Notes: generated by a model not told the origin, from the sequence alone. Shown: positions 46,607-57,367, counted from the stretch's first letter. The stretch is 64,000 bases of DNA from Candidatus Sulfomarinibacteraceae bacterium (GCA_041552055.1 JBFELO010000001.1:23099-87098); one strand, 5' to 3'. Numbers and translations: made by a program.

Positions 46607-48298
46607 CTACCGGTTGTCCTTGCCCTTCGCCTGCAGCTTGGCCCAGGTGTCTCGCAGGGGTACCGTACGGTTGAAGACCTGCCGGTCGGGGGTCGAGTCC
46701 GGATCGACGCAGAAGTAGCCCCGCCGCTCGAACTGGACCGCGTCACCCGCAACGAGATCCGCGAGGGCCGGCTCCAATCGACACTCGGTCAGCACCTGCA
46801 GGGAGTTCGGGTTGAGGTCGTCGACAAAGTCGCCGTCGGCCCCCGGATCGGGGCGATTGAACAGGTGGTCGTACAGACGAACCTCGGCGGTCACCGCGTG
46901 GAGCGCGGACACCCAGTGCAACGTACCGCGAACCTTGCGGCCGTCGGGCGCGTCACCCCCGCGAGTCTCCGGGTCATAGGTGCAACGCAGCTCGACGACG
47001 TTGCCGGCTCCATCCTTGACGACCTCGTCGCAGGTGATGAAGTACGCGTAACGAAGCCTCACTTCGCGACCGGGCGCGAGTCGGAAGAACTTCTTGGGCG
47101 GGTCCTCCATGAAGTCGGCCCGCTCGATGTAGAGCTCTCGACTAAAGGGCACGAGTCGGGTGCCGGCCGCCGGGTCCTCGGGGTTGTTGATCGCTTCCAG
47201 TTGCTCACCCTCGCCCTCGGGGTAGTTGGTGATCACCACCCTGAGGGGATCGAGCACGGCCATCCGCCGCTGAGCGGTCCGGTTCAGGACGTCGCGCACA
47301 CAGTGCTCGAGGAGGGCGAAATCGACCACGCTGCCTCGTTTGGCGACGCCGACGCGGTCGGTGAAATCGTGGATCGCCTCGGGCGGGTAGCCGCGCCGCC
47401 TGATACCGGAAATGGTTGGCATTCGTGGGTCGTCCCAGCCGTCCACGTAACCCTCCTGCACCAATCGCAGGAGCCGGCGCTTGGACATCACGGTGTGGCT
47501 CAGGTTGAGGCGGGCGAACTCGATCTGCCGGGGCTTGGCCGGTACCGGGAGATTGTCGATCAGCCAATCGTAGAGTGGCCGATGGTCCTCGAACTCGAGG
47601 GTGCACAGGCTGTGGGTGATGTGCTCGATGGCGTCCGACTGGCCGTGGGCGAAGTCGTACGTGGGATAGATGCACCAGGCGTCGCCGGTGCGTGGGTGGG
47701 TGGCGTGCAGGATTCTGTACAGCACCGGATCGCGCAGGTTGATGTTGCCGGCAGCCATGTCGATCGTGGCCCGCAGCACGCGCGCTCCGTCAGCGAACTC
47801 GCCGGCTCGCATTCGGCGGAACAGCTCGAGGTTCTCATCCACGCCGCGCTCGCGGCAGGGGCTCGGACGTCCCGGTTCGGTGAGAGTGCCGCGATACTCT
47901 CGGATCTGTGCGGCCGACAGATCGTCCACGTACGCCTTGCCGTTGACGATCAGGTGCTCGGCCCACAGGTACAGCTGCTCGAAGTAGTCGGAGGCGAAGT
48001 ACAGGTGCTCACCCCAGTCATAGCCGAGCCACTGCACGTCGCGCTTGATCGCCTCGATGTACTCGAGCTCCTCCTTGATCGGATTCGTGTCATCGAAGCG
48101 CAGGTGGCAACGCCCACCGAACTCGGCCGCGACATCGAAGTTGAGGCTGATCGACTTGGTGTGGCCGATGTGCAGGTGGCCGTTGGGCTCGGGCGGAAAT
48201 CGCGTGACCACCTCGCTGTGCTTGCCGGAGGCGAGGTCGGTCCGGATAATCTCCCGGATAAAGTCGAAGGAGCCGATCGGCGAGGCGTCATCACTCAT
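46607..48298 (-). CDS. glnS: glutaminyl-tRNA synthetase
   Basis: [32 protein letters not shown] (HIGH) and VMSKR (KMSKS variant). The length and C-terminal anticodon-binding region are typical of GlnRS. Confidence 0.9.
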   Translation of the reverse strand: MSDDASPIGSFDFIREIIRTDLASGKHSEVVTRFPPEPNGHLHIGHTKSISLNFDVAAEFGGRCHLRFDDTNPIKEELEYIEAIKRDVQWLGYDWGEHLYFASDYFEQLYLWAEHLIVNGKAYVDDLSAAQIREYRGTLTEPGRPSPCRERGVDENLELFRRMRAGEFADGARVLRATIDMAAGNINLRDPVLYRILHATHPRTGDAWCIYPTYDFAHGQSDAIEHITHSLCTLEFEDHRPLYDWLIDNLPVPAKPRQIEFARLNLSHTVMSKRRLLRLVQEGYVDGWDDPRMPTISGIRRRGYPPEAIHDFTDRVGVAKRGSVVDFALLEHCVRDVLNRTAQRRMAVLDPLRVVITNYPEGEGEQLEAINNPEDPAAGTRLVPFSRELYIERADFMEDPPKKFFRLAPGREVRLRYAYFITCDEVVKDGAGNVVELRCTYDPETRGGDAPDGRKVRGTLHWVSALHAVTAEVRLYDHLFNRPDPGADGDFVDDLNPNSLQVLTECRLEPALADLVAGDAVQFERRGYFCVDPDSTPDRQVFNRTVPLRDTWAKLQAKGKDNR

Positions 48299-48311
48299 CG
48301 CTCTCCTCCCC

Positions 48312-49763
48312 TCACTTCATCCCCCGCAGCACCTCGATCGCGCACCGCAGCCGGCGCCGGCACATCTCCCTGCCGACCACCGCCATGGTGTCGAACAGCG
48401 GCGGTGTTGCAGAGCGTCCGGTCACCGCGATCCGAACCGGCATGAACAGCTCCTTCGAGGTCCACTCGTGGCGCTCGCAAAACGCGCGCAGCGCGTCCTC
48501 GATGGTCGAGGCTCGCCAGTCGAGCAGTGGATCGAGCTGCTCCTCGACGAGGAGACGAAACGCCTTCGCGGTTTGGGCGGGCGTCCGTCCCTTGGCGACC
48601 AGGCGAGCGCGCGCGTCGTCGTCGTACACCAGGTCGCCGATGAAGAAGAACTGGCCATAGTCGAACAACGCATCGAGGGTGTCGATCCTCTCCCTCACCA
48701 ACGGCAATACCTGGAGCAGATTGGCGTCGCTCACCGCCTCTTCGCGCAGTCGCTCCAGCAGCTGCTCCGGCTCGAGCTGCCGGATGTAGCGGCCGTTCAG
48801 CCACGTCAGCTTGTCGAGGTCGAACACCGGACCGCCCAGGCTGACGTCCGCGAGTCGAAACTCCTCGATGAACTCCTCGCGCGAGAACTCATCCCGCTCG
48901 TCGGGCATGGTCCAACCCATCAGCGCGAGATAGTTGCACATCGCCTCGGGCAGATAACCCGCCCGACGGTAGTAGTTGATGCTGACCGGGTTCTTGCGTT
49001 TGGAGATCTTGGATTTGTCGGCGTTCCGGAGCAGCGGCAGGTGGCAGAACACCGGCAGCTGCCAACCGAAGGCGTGGTACAGCTGGACGTGCTTCGGGAG
49101 CGAGGAGATCCACTCTTCCGCGCGGATCACATGCGTGATCTCCATGAGGTGGTCGTCGACCACGTTGGCCAGATGGTAGGTCGGCAGCCCGTCCGACTTG
49201 AGCAGCACCTGGTCATCGATCTGGGCGTTGGCGAACCGGATCTCCCCCCGGAGCAGGTCGTTGGTCACCGTCTCGCCGTCGCCGGGCATGCGGAGGCGGA
49301 TGACGTGCTCCTCTCCAGCCAGCCGTCGTTGACGCGCCTCGTCCGCGGCAAGCGATCGGCAGTGTCCGTCATACCCGAGCTGAAGCTTCTGCCGTCGCTG
49401 CTCCTCGCGCAGCTCCTCGAGCCGTTGTCTGGTGCAGAAGCACGGGTAGGCGGCCCCAGAGGACACCAGCTGCTCGACGTGATCACGGTAGATGTCGGCG
49501 CGCTCGCTCTGCCGGTACGGACCGTGCTCGCCGCCGACGTCGGGACCCTCGTCCCACTGCAACCCCAGCCACCGCAGCGACTCGAGGATCATGCGCTCGC
49601 TTTCGGGGTTGCTCCGCACCCGGTCGGTGTCCTCGATGCGCAGCACAAACTGACCCCCGGCGTGGCGCGCCAGCGCGAAGTTGAACAGGGCCACGTAGGC
49701 GGTCCCCACGTGGGGGTCGCCTGTGGGGCTGGGAGCGATCCGGGTTCTGGTGTCGCCGGCCAT
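48312..49763 (-). CDS. gltX: glutamyl-tRNA synthetase
   Basis: [18 protein letters not shown] (HVGT variant of HIGH) and KISKR (KMSKS). Confidence 0.9.
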   Translation of the reverse strand: MAGDTRTRIAPSPTGDPHVGTAYVALFNFALARHAGGQFVLRIEDTDRVRSNPESERMILESLRWLGLQWDEGPDVGGEHGPYRQSERADIYRDHVEQLVSSGAAYPCFCTRQRLEELREEQRRQKLQLGYDGHCRSLAADEARQRRLAGEEHVIRLRMPGDGETVTNDLLRGEIRFANAQIDDQVLLKSDGLPTYHLANVVDDHLMEITHVIRAEEWISSLPKHVQLYHAFGWQLPVFCHLPLLRNADKSKISKRKNPVSINYYRRAGYLPEAMCNYLALMGWTMPDERDEFSREEFIEEFRLADVSLGGPVFDLDKLTWLNGRYIRQLEPEQLLERLREEAVSDANLLQVLPLVRERIDTLDALFDYGQFFFIGDLVYDDDARARLVAKGRTPAQTAKAFRLLVEEQLDPLLDWRASTIEDALRAFCERHEWTSKELFMPVRIAVTGRSATPPLFDTMAVVGREMCRRRLRCAIEVLRGMK

Positions 49764-49814
49764 CTCGGATCTCCAAAAAAATGCCGCCTCGGGTACCGGC
49801 GGCGCGTTCGATCG

Positions 49815-49907
<93 letters not shown>

Positions 49908-50017
49908 GGCCAGGGAGCGGTATTGTACGTGGGGCGCTGATGACTGTAAAGTGCGGAGAGATCTTGGGGTTCGGGGCTGATGGGTCGGGCGACAGGGCTC
50001 CATCGGCGGGTCCCCTG

Positions 50018-50089
50018 CCCGTCTCCGTCTCCGTGCCCGTCTCCGATCGCGACGCGGTTGGACGTTTCGGGCACAGAAACGGGCACGGG
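50018..50089. repeat. CCGTCT-hexamer hairpin element (family A)
   Basis: Reads cccgtctccgtctccgtgcccgtctccgat ... cgggcacagaaacgggcacggg. Lies between two divergent tRNA-Ser genes. Confidence 0.85.
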
Positions 50090-50133
50090 CCTGGAAATGG
50101 TTCGCGATGCCCCATCCCCCAGGTGCACCATGC

Positions 50134-50221
50134 GGAGGGATGGCCGAGAGGTCGAAGGCGGCGGTCTTGAAAACCGCTGAGGCGTCAGCCTCCGTGGGTT
50201 CGAATCCCACTCCCTCCGCCA
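50134..50221 (+). tRNA. tRNA-Ser (anticodon UGA)
   Basis: Acceptor GGAGGGA/TCCCTCC, anticodon stem GCGGT/ACCGC with loop CUUGAAA, a long variable arm, and T-arm GTGGGTTCGAATCCCAC. CCA is encoded. Confidence 0.9.
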
Positions 50222-50226
50222 CCCCG

Positions 50227-52539
50227 TCAGTTGCCCACCGGCGCCAGGCTTCCCCGGATCTCCGGCAGCGCTCCGATCCCCTTGAGCGAAATGCGGATCA
50301 ACCAGTCGCGCGTCGGGAACTGGCCGAGGCGGAGATCACGGTAGTCGATTCCGATGCTCCAGCAGCTGCCCTCCCAGTTGAGCTGGATCTGCTGCTGCTG
50401 GAAGTCGCGGTTCTCGACGTCGTACGCGACGTGCAGATTCGCGCGGAACGGGAAGCCCGGCTTGCGGAATCCGAGCACGGTCCGGACCTGGGACGACAGC
50501 CGACTGCCGTCATCGGGGTTGAAACCTTGGTACCAGGTCAGGGTGACCGACCCGTACGGGCGCCGCACCGACCCGGCGAGCGAGGTGTTGCGCAGATTGT
50601 TGCGCAAGGTGTCGTAGGAGGCCCTGGCGTCGAACCCGGTGCCCTGGGTCGGGACCAGACGCAGCAGCGCGCCGAGCGGCCCGAACTGGCTTTCTGCGTC
50701 GACGCTACGGGTGAGCGGGTCGGAGAACGAGTAGTCCTGGTACAGCTCGAACACCCCCAGCTCGCGCGCGCTCACCCCCTCCCGGGAGCGCCCCAGCAGG
50801 CGGTTGGACAGCACCATGCGGGCGCGGTTGGTGAGCACCGTGGAGTCGACCTCGTCGAACACCGGAATCTCGGTCGTGTCCTCGGTCCCCTGCAGGTAGG
50901 CGTACTCGACCCGCGGCTCGATGAGGTGCTTGAACCTCGAGTATTTCTTCGACGAGGAGTTGAACACGCGCGAGAGCGACGGGCCGACCACATCGACCCC
51001 GCCGGCGACGTAGGTGCGGTCGATCGCCTCGTCGACGAAGGAGGTCGGACTGTCGGCCTCGGTCGTCTCGTAGCGCGCCGTGTAGTAGGTAGCGCGGCCC
51101 CCGAGTCGCGGCGCCACCGACAGCCAGGGCGGGCTCGGCAGGGAGTAGGACAGGGTGGGGAAGAGGTCGGCGCGCAGGTAGTCGCCCGCGAGACCCTCTC
51201 CCCGGTCGACGTTGAAGTAGTTGACGCTCGAGATGAGGTCCCAGTAGAGCGGCGTCCGACCGATCCTGCTCGAGCGCACCCTGAGCTCCACCTCGGGGAG
51301 TTGGGCCAGCGTGACGTCCACGGTTTCGAAAACGGGCTCGAGGCATACAGGGGGACGTTCGGCGGGAAAAAGGATGTCATAGCAATATAGGGGAAGGATG
51401 CTGCATTCAGGGGGACGGTCAGCGGGATCGGGGTACGCATAGCAATTAACTCGCTTGGACAGGAACGTGGTCCGGTGATCGGCCCGCACGTTGAGCACGC
51501 CGGGGCCCCACGACCGCGTCAGGTGGAAATAGGAGTAGATGTCCCTGCGGGTGTTGGCGTTGAAATCCCGTTCGAACTCCTGGAAGAAGTCGATGTCGGA
51601 CAGGGCCTCCACCTCGGCCAGCAGGCGGAAACCGAGGAAGTCGTCCTGGTCGTGGCGGCCGTTGATCCGCCACTGCCATTCGTCGAGGTCCTTGTCGGGA
51701 TGTCGGTCCTGGATATTCGGATCCCAGATCGAGTACAGCAGCAGATTGCAGTCGTTGCACGGCACCGGCGCCCACCGCCACTCGTTGGCGAGCCCGAAGG
51801 CCCCGTCTGAGAAGTAATCGGCCCGCACGGTGGTGTCGTAGCTCCGGCCGAGGGGCACGTACACCGGCAGACCGAAGTAGGTGCCGTAGGTCTCCGAGTA
51901 GCCGAAGTTCGGCATCAGCAGGCCCGGGGACCGCTCCCGCTTGACCGGCCACACCAGGTACGGCAGGTAGAACACCGGGAACCCCTGCACCCTCATCGCG
52001 ACACTGTGAAACCGTCCGTACCCCTCCTCCTCCAGCATTGCCCTGCGGACTCCGAAACTCCACGGCGGGCTGTCGTCGTCGGAGTCGCAGGTGGTGAAGG
52101 CACCGCGGTCGATGCGGTAGTGGGTCTCGTCGAGCTTCTCCACCTCCGACCCGCTGAACGCGTACATCGGCGGCACGAACCCCTCGCCGTTGATGAACAG
52201 CCCGGTCTTGGTCCCGAGGTTGAAGTAGATCTCCTCGGCGGTGAACCTGGTCGGTCCCTGGTCGAGCACGACGTTGCCCCGCGCCACCAGGTCCTGCGTG
52301 ACCCGGTTGTACTCCATCTCCTCGCACTGGAGGCGGATGTCCTGATACAGGATCCTGACACCGCCGGTGCCGCGCCAGACGTCGCCCTCGACCTCCTGCT
52401 GCTCGGCCACGAGTGTGATGCGCTCCTCGCTGTTGTCCACCTCCTGGGCCTCCGCACACCGGGAAGCACCTGGGGCCACCAACAACAACGTCAGCGCGAT
52501 CAGCGCGGCACGGACCATGGACAACCCAACCGCTGTCAT
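50227..52539 (-). CDS. lptD: LPS-assembly outer membrane protein LptD (OstA family)
   Basis: ATG at 52539 with a signal peptide (MTAVGLSMVRAALIALTLLLVAPGASRCAEA). OstA_N pattern (..A....Y......A.GNV...QG....A) followed by a large beta-barrel-like region. The 193 aa upstream in the track ORF overlap ruvX antisense and are discarded. Confidence 0.85.
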   Translation of the reverse strand: MTAVGLSMVRAALIALTLLLVAPGASRCAEAQEVDNSEERITLVAEQQEVEGDVWRGTGGVRILYQDIRLQCEEMEYNRVTQDLVARGNVVLDQGPTRFTAEEIYFNLGTKTGLFINGEGFVPPMYAFSGSEVEKLDETHYRIDRGAFTTCDSDDDSPPWSFGVRRAMLEEEGYGRFHSVAMRVQGFPVFYLPYLVWPVKRERSPGLLMPNFGYSETYGTYFGLPVYVPLGRSYDTTVRADYFSDGAFGLANEWRWAPVPCNDCNLLLYSIWDPNIQDRHPDKDLDEWQWRINGRHDQDDFLGFRLLAEVEALSDIDFFQEFERDFNANTRRDIYSYFHLTRSWGPGVLNVRADHRTTFLSKRVNCYAYPDPADRPPECSILPLYCYDILFPAERPPVCLEPVFETVDVTLAQLPEVELRVRSSRIGRTPLYWDLISSVNYFNVDRGEGLAGDYLRADLFPTLSYSLPSPPWLSVAPRLGGRATYYTARYETTEADSPTSFVDEAIDRTYVAGGVDVVGPSLSRVFNSSSKKYSRFKHLIEPRVEYAYLQGTEDTTEIPVFDEVDSTVLTNRARMVLSNRLLGRSREGVSARELGVFELYQDYSFSDPLTRSVDAESQFGPLGALLRLVPTQGTGFDARASYDTLRNNLRNTSLAGSVRRPYGSVTLTWYQGFNPDDGSRLSSQVRTVLGFRKPGFPFRANLHVAYDVENRDFQQQQIQLNWEGSCWSIGIDYRDLRLGQFPTRDWLIRISLKGIGALPEIRGSLAPVGN

Positions 52540-52600
52540 TGTATCCCGGGTCTCGACAGCTTCCCGCCGCGCGACGGAAATTGCCGCGTACAATGATCCC

Positions 52601-53011
52601 ATGCGGTATCTCGGCGTGGACCCCGGTGGTCGGCGGGTCGGGCTGGCGGTGGGGGACGATCTGACCGGGGTCGTCACGCCGCTGGTCGTGGTCGCCTGCC
52701 GTGGTACGGCGGCCGCGGCGGAGGCCGTCCGCAGCGCGGCCCGTGCCCACGACGCAACCTGCGTGGTGGTCGGATTGCCGACGGCGGCGGACGGCACCCC
52801 GACCGCGGCGTGTCGCCGCAGCGAACTCCTCGCGACCGAGCTTCGCCAGCTTGGGTACGACGTGGTGCTCCAGCCCGAATTCCTATCCACCGACGAGGCG
52901 AAGCGGCGTGCCCGCGACCTCGGCCTCCCTGCGGACCGGCCGGTGGACCACCTCGCCGCCCAGGTGCTGCTCGAGGAGTACCTCACAACCCGATCGCGGG
53001 ACACCCCCTGA
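52601..53011 (+). CDS. ruvX: Holliday junction resolvase-like nuclease RuvX (YqgF)
   Basis: MRYLGVDPGGRRVGLAVGD is the YqgF N-terminal signature. ATG at 52601. Confidence 0.85.
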   Translation: MRYLGVDPGGRRVGLAVGDDLTGVVTPLVVVACRGTAAAAEAVRSAARAHDATCVVVGLPTAADGTPTAACRRSELLATELRQLGYDVVLQPEFLSTDEAKRRARDLGLPADRPVDHLAAQVLLEEYLTTRSRDTP

Positions 53012-53017
53012 GCCATC

Positions 53018-54019
53018 ATGGTGCGTCGTCTACTGCTCGTTTCCGCAGCGCTGACGCTGTTCGCCGTCATCGTCACGGCTGTCGCTGCCCACCGGGCGCT
53101 GTGGCGCCGGCTGGACAACCAACCCGTCTCGCTCGAGATCGAGTCGGGATCGTCGGCGCGGCAGGTTCTGGATCAACTGGCCGATCGCGGTCTGCTGCCG
53201 TCGCGGCTCGCGGGCAGGGTGTACCTCGCGGTGCGCGGCGAGCACCGGAGCGTTCACTACGGCCACTATCGGATCACCGCTCGCACGAGGCCGGTGGACG
53301 TGCTGGAACGGCTGCTCGAAGGCATCGTGGAGACGGTCAGGGTCACCGTGGTCGAGGGGCTGCTCGCCGACGACCTCGGCCCTCTGTGTGCGGCTGCCGG
53401 AGTCGGCACCGCCGATCAGTGGCAACGGGCGATCACGCGCAGCGACCTGGTACGTGACATCGCGCCGCAGGCGTCGTCACTGGAGGGATTTCTGTTCCCC
53501 GACACCTACCTGTTCGCGGTCGGGATCTCGGCCGACGAGGCCGCCGAACACATGGTGGGACGATTCCGCGAGGTGTGGCGGGAGCTGTCCGCCAACACCG
53601 ACGGCCCTGTCGAAACACCTTTCGAAACGGTCATACTCGCCTCGCTCGTTGAGGCGGAGACCTCGGTGCCGGGGGAGCGGGCGCGGGTCGCCGGGGTGTT
53701 CCAGAACCGGCTCGACCGCGGCATGCTGCTGCAGTGTGATCCGACCGTGGTCTACGCTCTCAAGAGACGCGGTGGCTGGCCGGGACGCCTGCTGCGTCGG
53801 CACTGGCTGCTGGACGACCCGTACAACACCTACCGCTACCCGGGGCTGCCGCCCGGTCCGATCAACTCTCCGGGAGGGGCAGCCCTTGCAGCTGCCCTCG
53901 AGCCGGAGTCCCACTCGTACCTGTACTTCGTCGCCCGACCCGGCGGGGGCCACACGTTCTCCCCGACCCTCGCCGAGCACAACCGGGCCGTCGCCGAGCT
54001 CCGTCGGTCCCGTCGTTGA
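53018..54019 (+). CDS. mltG: endolytic peptidoglycan transglycosylase MltG (YceG family)
   Basis: An N-terminal TM anchor, then EGFLFPDTY, ASLVEAE and NTYRYPGLPPGPI..PG motifs. Conserved ruvX-mltG order. Confidence 0.9.
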   Translation: MVRRLLLVSAALTLFAVIVTAVAAHRALWRRLDNQPVSLEIESGSSARQVLDQLADRGLLPSRLAGRVYLAVRGEHRSVHYGHYRITARTRPVDVLERLLEGIVETVRVTVVEGLLADDLGPLCAAAGVGTADQWQRAITRSDLVRDIAPQASSLEGFLFPDTYLFAVGISADEAAEHMVGRFREVWRELSANTDGPVETPFETVILASLVEAETSVPGERARVAGVFQNRLDRGMLLQCDPTVVYALKRRGGWPGRLLRRHWLLDDPYNTYRYPGLPPGPINSPGGAALAAALEPESHSYLYFVARPGGGHTFSPTLAEHNRAVAELRRSRR

Positions 54020-54050
54020 CCCTCCCAGGGGCCGGTGATAGGTTGAAAGG

Positions 54051-55961
54051 ATGGAGGGCGTGATGGCGGGGGCGCACCCGAAATTCGGCTGCTACATCCT
54101 GTTGAAGGAGTTCGCGGACGACGTACTCGGCCACCTCTACCGGACCGTCGAGCTCGACGAAGGCGGGGTTCGGCGGACGGCATTCCTGCGCATCCTGAAC
54201 GCTCCTCAGGTTCCCGCCGGAGAGGTGATCGAGGCATTCCCGCTGGCACGCCGGCTGGCCGGGAAGCTGACCGCGGCCAACGTGGCGGTCGGAACCGAGT
54301 TCGTCGCGGTGGACGGCGTGCCAGCCCTGGCGTGTGACTACTTTTCCGCCCAGCCGCTCAACGTGGTGCTTGATAGATCACGCAGCGAGGACTTCCCGGT
54401 CCCCGTGGACAACGCCCTGTTGGTGCTCGAAAAGATCTCGCTGGCACTCACGGCCGCGCTGGCCGTGGAGGTCGACGGGAGTGCGCTGGTACACGGCTTT
54501 CTCCATCCCGGGCTGATACTGCTCAGCACGGACGGCGAGGCGGTGGTTTCCGGATTCGGGCTGGCCGCCAGTCTGCTGGGGATGCTCGGCCATCACGACG
54601 TGGCACAGCAGGTGCACCCGTACCTCGCGCCCGAGGTCCTGCTGACCCGCACCCCGAGCAAACGTGGGGACGTGTACTCACTCGGGGCACTTCTGATCGA
54701 GCTGCTGACCGGCACGATGGTGCCGGCGGAGCCCGAGGAGCGGATCGGTCTGCTCGACCGCCTCGTGCTCGCCCACGACGAGCGACCGCTGCCCGATGAC
54801 CTCAAGGCGTTGCTGCGACGGGCAATCGCTCCCCGGCCCGATGACCGGTTCAGCTCTGCGGTTGACTTCAAGAAGGAGCTCGATCGGCTGCTCTACGGCG
54901 GTTCGTACAGCCCCACGACCTTCAACCTCGCGCTGTTCATGGATCGTCTGTTTCGCACCGAGTTCCAGGCCGAGGAGCGGGAGCGTGCCACCGAGGCGAC
55001 GCTGGACGTAACAGAATACCAGGCTCACGATCCCGAGCCGGAGACAGTGCCGGCGACAGCCCCCAAATCGCCTCGCCGCCGAGGCCGCGGCCTCCGGATC
55101 GGCGGCGCGATCGCACTCCTGGCGGCAGCCGTGATCGCCACCTGGTGGGCCCTGGCCGGACGAACCTCCAGCCGTCCCGAGATCCCGCCGACGCCGACCG
55201 CCGAACAGATCGCGGAGCAGCGGCGGCAGGAGGAGGATCGCCTGCAGGCAATGGTTCAGGAGCTGGTCCAGCAGAAGATGGCGGAGAAGGAAGAGGAGAT
55301 TCGCCAGGAGCTGCTCGATCGGCAGGCGAGAATCGATGATCTCCAGCGCCGACTGCGGGCATCCGAGCGGCGAGCCCGGGCAGCCCAGCCGTCGCCGGAG
55401 GAGCTCCGCCGGCAGCAGCAGTTGCAGCAACAGATCGCCGTCGAGGAGGAGGCCCAGCGCCTGCGGCAGGCAGAGCTGGGCGGGGAAGACCCCCTCGGAC
55501 CGGAGGCGGGGAGTCCGGCGACCGTGGCCCCCGATTCAGCGGCGAAATCCGACCAGCTCGAGCCGACGATCCCGGCACCCGCCCCGACGATACCCCCGAC
55601 ACCCACCGCCGGGCCGCCGCCGATCCCGACGCCGACCCGGGTGGTCGTGGTGGAGAACAGCTTCGTCGACCCGTCGGAGGTCGATACGCTGCCCGTCGTG
55701 CTCAAAGATCAACCCGTGACCTGGTCCCGCATGGCCCTCCATTCACGACGGCAGGGCGTGGTGATCGTTCAAGTGACGGTCAACGCAGATGGAGAGGTCG
55801 ACCAGGTCAAGGTGCTCCGCGCCGACCATGAGGGTTTCGGCATCCCGCAGGCCGTTGTCGACGCGGTGCGCAAGTACCGCTTCAAACCCGCCACCAAGGC
55901 GGGCGTTCGAGTCACCAGTTACGCCACCGTGACGCAGCGCTACCAGTTTCGCAGCCGCTGA
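54051..55961 (+). CDS. bitopic protein: degenerate Ser/Thr-kinase-like domain, TM helix, coiled coil/Pro-rich linker, TonB C-terminal domain
   Basis: Kinase-fold remnants are YLAPEVL, DVYSLGALLIELLTG and RPDDRFSSA. The catalytic signatures are replaced: no G-loop, no VAIK Lys, HGFLHPG in place of HRDLKP.N, and GFG in place of DFG. The TM segment is IGGAIALLAAAVIATWWALAG. The C-terminus QGVVIVQVTVNADGEVDQVKVL....GFG..QAVVDAVRKYRFKPATKAGV fits TonB_C. Confidence 0.7.
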   Translation: MEGVMAGAHPKFGCYILLKEFADDVLGHLYRTVELDEGGVRRTAFLRILNAPQVPAGEVIEAFPLARRLAGKLTAANVAVGTEFVAVDGVPALACDYFSAQPLNVVLDRSRSEDFPVPVDNALLVLEKISLALTAALAVEVDGSALVHGFLHPGLILLSTDGEAVVSGFGLAASLLGMLGHHDVAQQVHPYLAPEVLLTRTPSKRGDVYSLGALLIELLTGTMVPAEPEERIGLLDRLVLAHDERPLPDDLKALLRRAIAPRPDDRFSSAVDFKKELDRLLYGGSYSPTTFNLALFMDRLFRTEFQAEERERATEATLDVTEYQAHDPEPETVPATAPKSPRRRGRGLRIGGAIALLAAAVIATWWALAGRTSSRPEIPPTPTAEQIAEQRRQEEDRLQAMVQELVQQKMAEKEEEIRQELLDRQARIDDLQRRLRASERRARAAQPSPEELRRQQQLQQQIAVEEEAQRLRQAELGGEDPLGPEAGSPATVAPDSAAKSDQLEPTIPAPAPTIPPTPTAGPPPIPTPTRVVVVENSFVDPSEVDTLPVVLKDQPVTWSRMALHSRRQGVVIVQVTVNADGEVDQVKVLRADHEGFGIPQAVVDAVRKYRFKPATKAGVRVTSYATVTQRYQFRSR

Positions 55962-56030
55962 GCCCGCAGCAGACACCAGGCGTCATGCTGGTGCGAACCG
56001 ACCGACCGTTGCCCGCGCGTCAACTGCCCC

Positions 56031-56063
56031 CCGAAAAGGAAAAGGCCGAGCATCACGCTCGGC
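56031..56063 (-). terminator. rho-independent terminator downstream of hup
   Basis: Stem gccgagc (56045-56051) / gctcggc (56057-56063) with a 5-nt loop. On the minus strand it is followed by CUUUUCCUUUUC. Confidence 0.6.
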
Positions 56064-56145
56064 GATTCCATCCGGCGCCCGAAGGCACCGGGAATTCGCT
56101 CAGCCGACCGAGCGGCACGGGCCGCCGCCCGATCGATCGAGGAGG

Positions 56146-56439
56146 CTAGACCTCGACACGCTCCTTGAGAGTCTTGCCGGGCTTGAAGGTGACGTACTTC
56201 TTCTTCGGGATGATGATAGTGGCACCGGTCGCGGGATTGCGGCCCTGGCGCTCGCCGCGCTGCTTGGTCGCGAATGTCCCGAAACCTGGGATGGTGACCT
56301 TCTCACCGGCGTCGAGGGCGGTCGCGATGATGCCCTTCCCGGGTTGCGCCGAGAAAACCACATCCAGGATGTCGGCCGCCTTGCCCTGGCTGACGCCACT
56401 CTTCTTCGCGAGCTTCATTGCCATTTCAGTCTTGTTCAT
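56146..56439 (-). CDS. hup: HU family DNA-binding protein
   Basis: MNKTEMAMKLAKKSGVSQ...GFGTFATKQRGERQGRNPATGATIIIPKKKYVTFKPGK is a classic HU arm. Confidence 0.95.
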   Translation of the reverse strand: MNKTEMAMKLAKKSGVSQGKAADILDVVFSAQPGKGIIATALDAGEKVTIPGFGTFATKQRGERQGRNPATGATIIIPKKKYVTFKPGKTLKERVEV

Positions 56440-56579
56440 CTGGTCCTCCTGAACCCTGTGGGTTTTTTGTCATCTTGGCGGGGTAAAGCGGCTCTGTCAA
56501 GCGTTGGAGAGTGATATTTACCCCGTGCGCGCTTGTTTTTCGGGATATCGAGGTGTACCGTGAGCGTCCGGAGGTGCGA

Positions 56580-57338
56580 ATGGATCTCAGGTTGCGGGGC
56601 AAACGCGCCCTGGTCACCGGATCATCACGGGGCATCGGCCGCGCCATCGCGCTGTCGCTCGCCGACTTCAAGGTCGACGTCGCCATCAACTACCTGCGCA
56701 ACCGCACGCGCGCCGAAGAGACCGCCGACGAGATCGCTTCCCGGGGCGTTCGGAGCCTGATCATCAAGGGCAACGTGGCCAAACCAGAGCACGTGGAAAG
56801 GATCTTCGCGACCATCCGTGACCAGTGGGGCGGGCTGGAAATCGTCGTGTCGAACGCCGCGTCCGGCGTGCTGCGACCGGCGCGCGAGCTCACCCTGCAC
56901 CACTTCGACTGGGCAATGCACATCAATGCCGCGGCCCTGCTCCCGATAACCCAGAATTTCCTCAAGATGCCCGCAAACGGGGAGAAGGTGGTGGTTGCCG
57001 TCTCGTCGCTGGGGGCGGTTCGCGCGATTCCGAACTACACCGCGGTCGGCGCTTCCAAGGCGGCGTTGGAGTCGATGGTACGTCACCTCGCCGCCGAGTT
57101 CGCACCCGAGGGACTCCGCATCAACGCGGTCTCTTCCGGGACCGTCGACACCGATGCCCTGCATCACTTTCCGAACCGCGATGAACTCCTCGATCAGGCG
57201 CTCGAGCGGACTCCAGTCGGCAGGCTGTTGCACCCGCAGGACGTGGCGAACACCGTCGTCTACCTGTGTACGGAGTTCGCCTCCATGATCCATGGTCAGA
57301 TCATCGTGGTCGACGGCGGCTACTCGATCCTGGCGTAG
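56580..57338 (+). CDS. fabL: short-chain dehydrogenase, enoyl-ACP reductase FabL-like
   Basis: GKRALVTGSSRGIGRAIA, NAASG and Y....SKAALE (SDR catalytic tetrad context). The overall pattern resembles FabL. The substrate assignment is tentative. Confidence 0.6.
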   Translation: MDLRLRGKRALVTGSSRGIGRAIALSLADFKVDVAINYLRNRTRAEETADEIASRGVRSLIIKGNVAKPEHVERIFATIRDQWGGLEIVVSNAASGVLRPARELTLHHFDWAMHINAAALLPITQNFLKMPANGEKVVVAVSSLGAVRAIPNYTAVGASKAALESMVRHLAAEFAPEGLRINAVSSGTVDTDALHHFPNRDELLDQALERTPVGRLLHPQDVANTVVYLCTEFASMIHGQIIVVDGGYSILA

Positions 57339-57367
57339 CGCGTTGAGTCGGGCAGGACGTCCTCAAT

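Noticed and set aside
52540-53118. The 193-aa N-terminal extension of the lptD ORF.
   Set aside because: It overlaps ruvX on the opposite strand and is Ser/Arg/Ala-rich. The ATG at 52539 is followed by a proper signal peptide.
57339-57367. The palindrome aggacgtcct between the convergent fabL-like and uvrA genes, as a possible bidirectional terminator.
   Set aside because: The stem is only about 5 bp per arm with no loop and no flanking T/A tracts. That is too weak to call.
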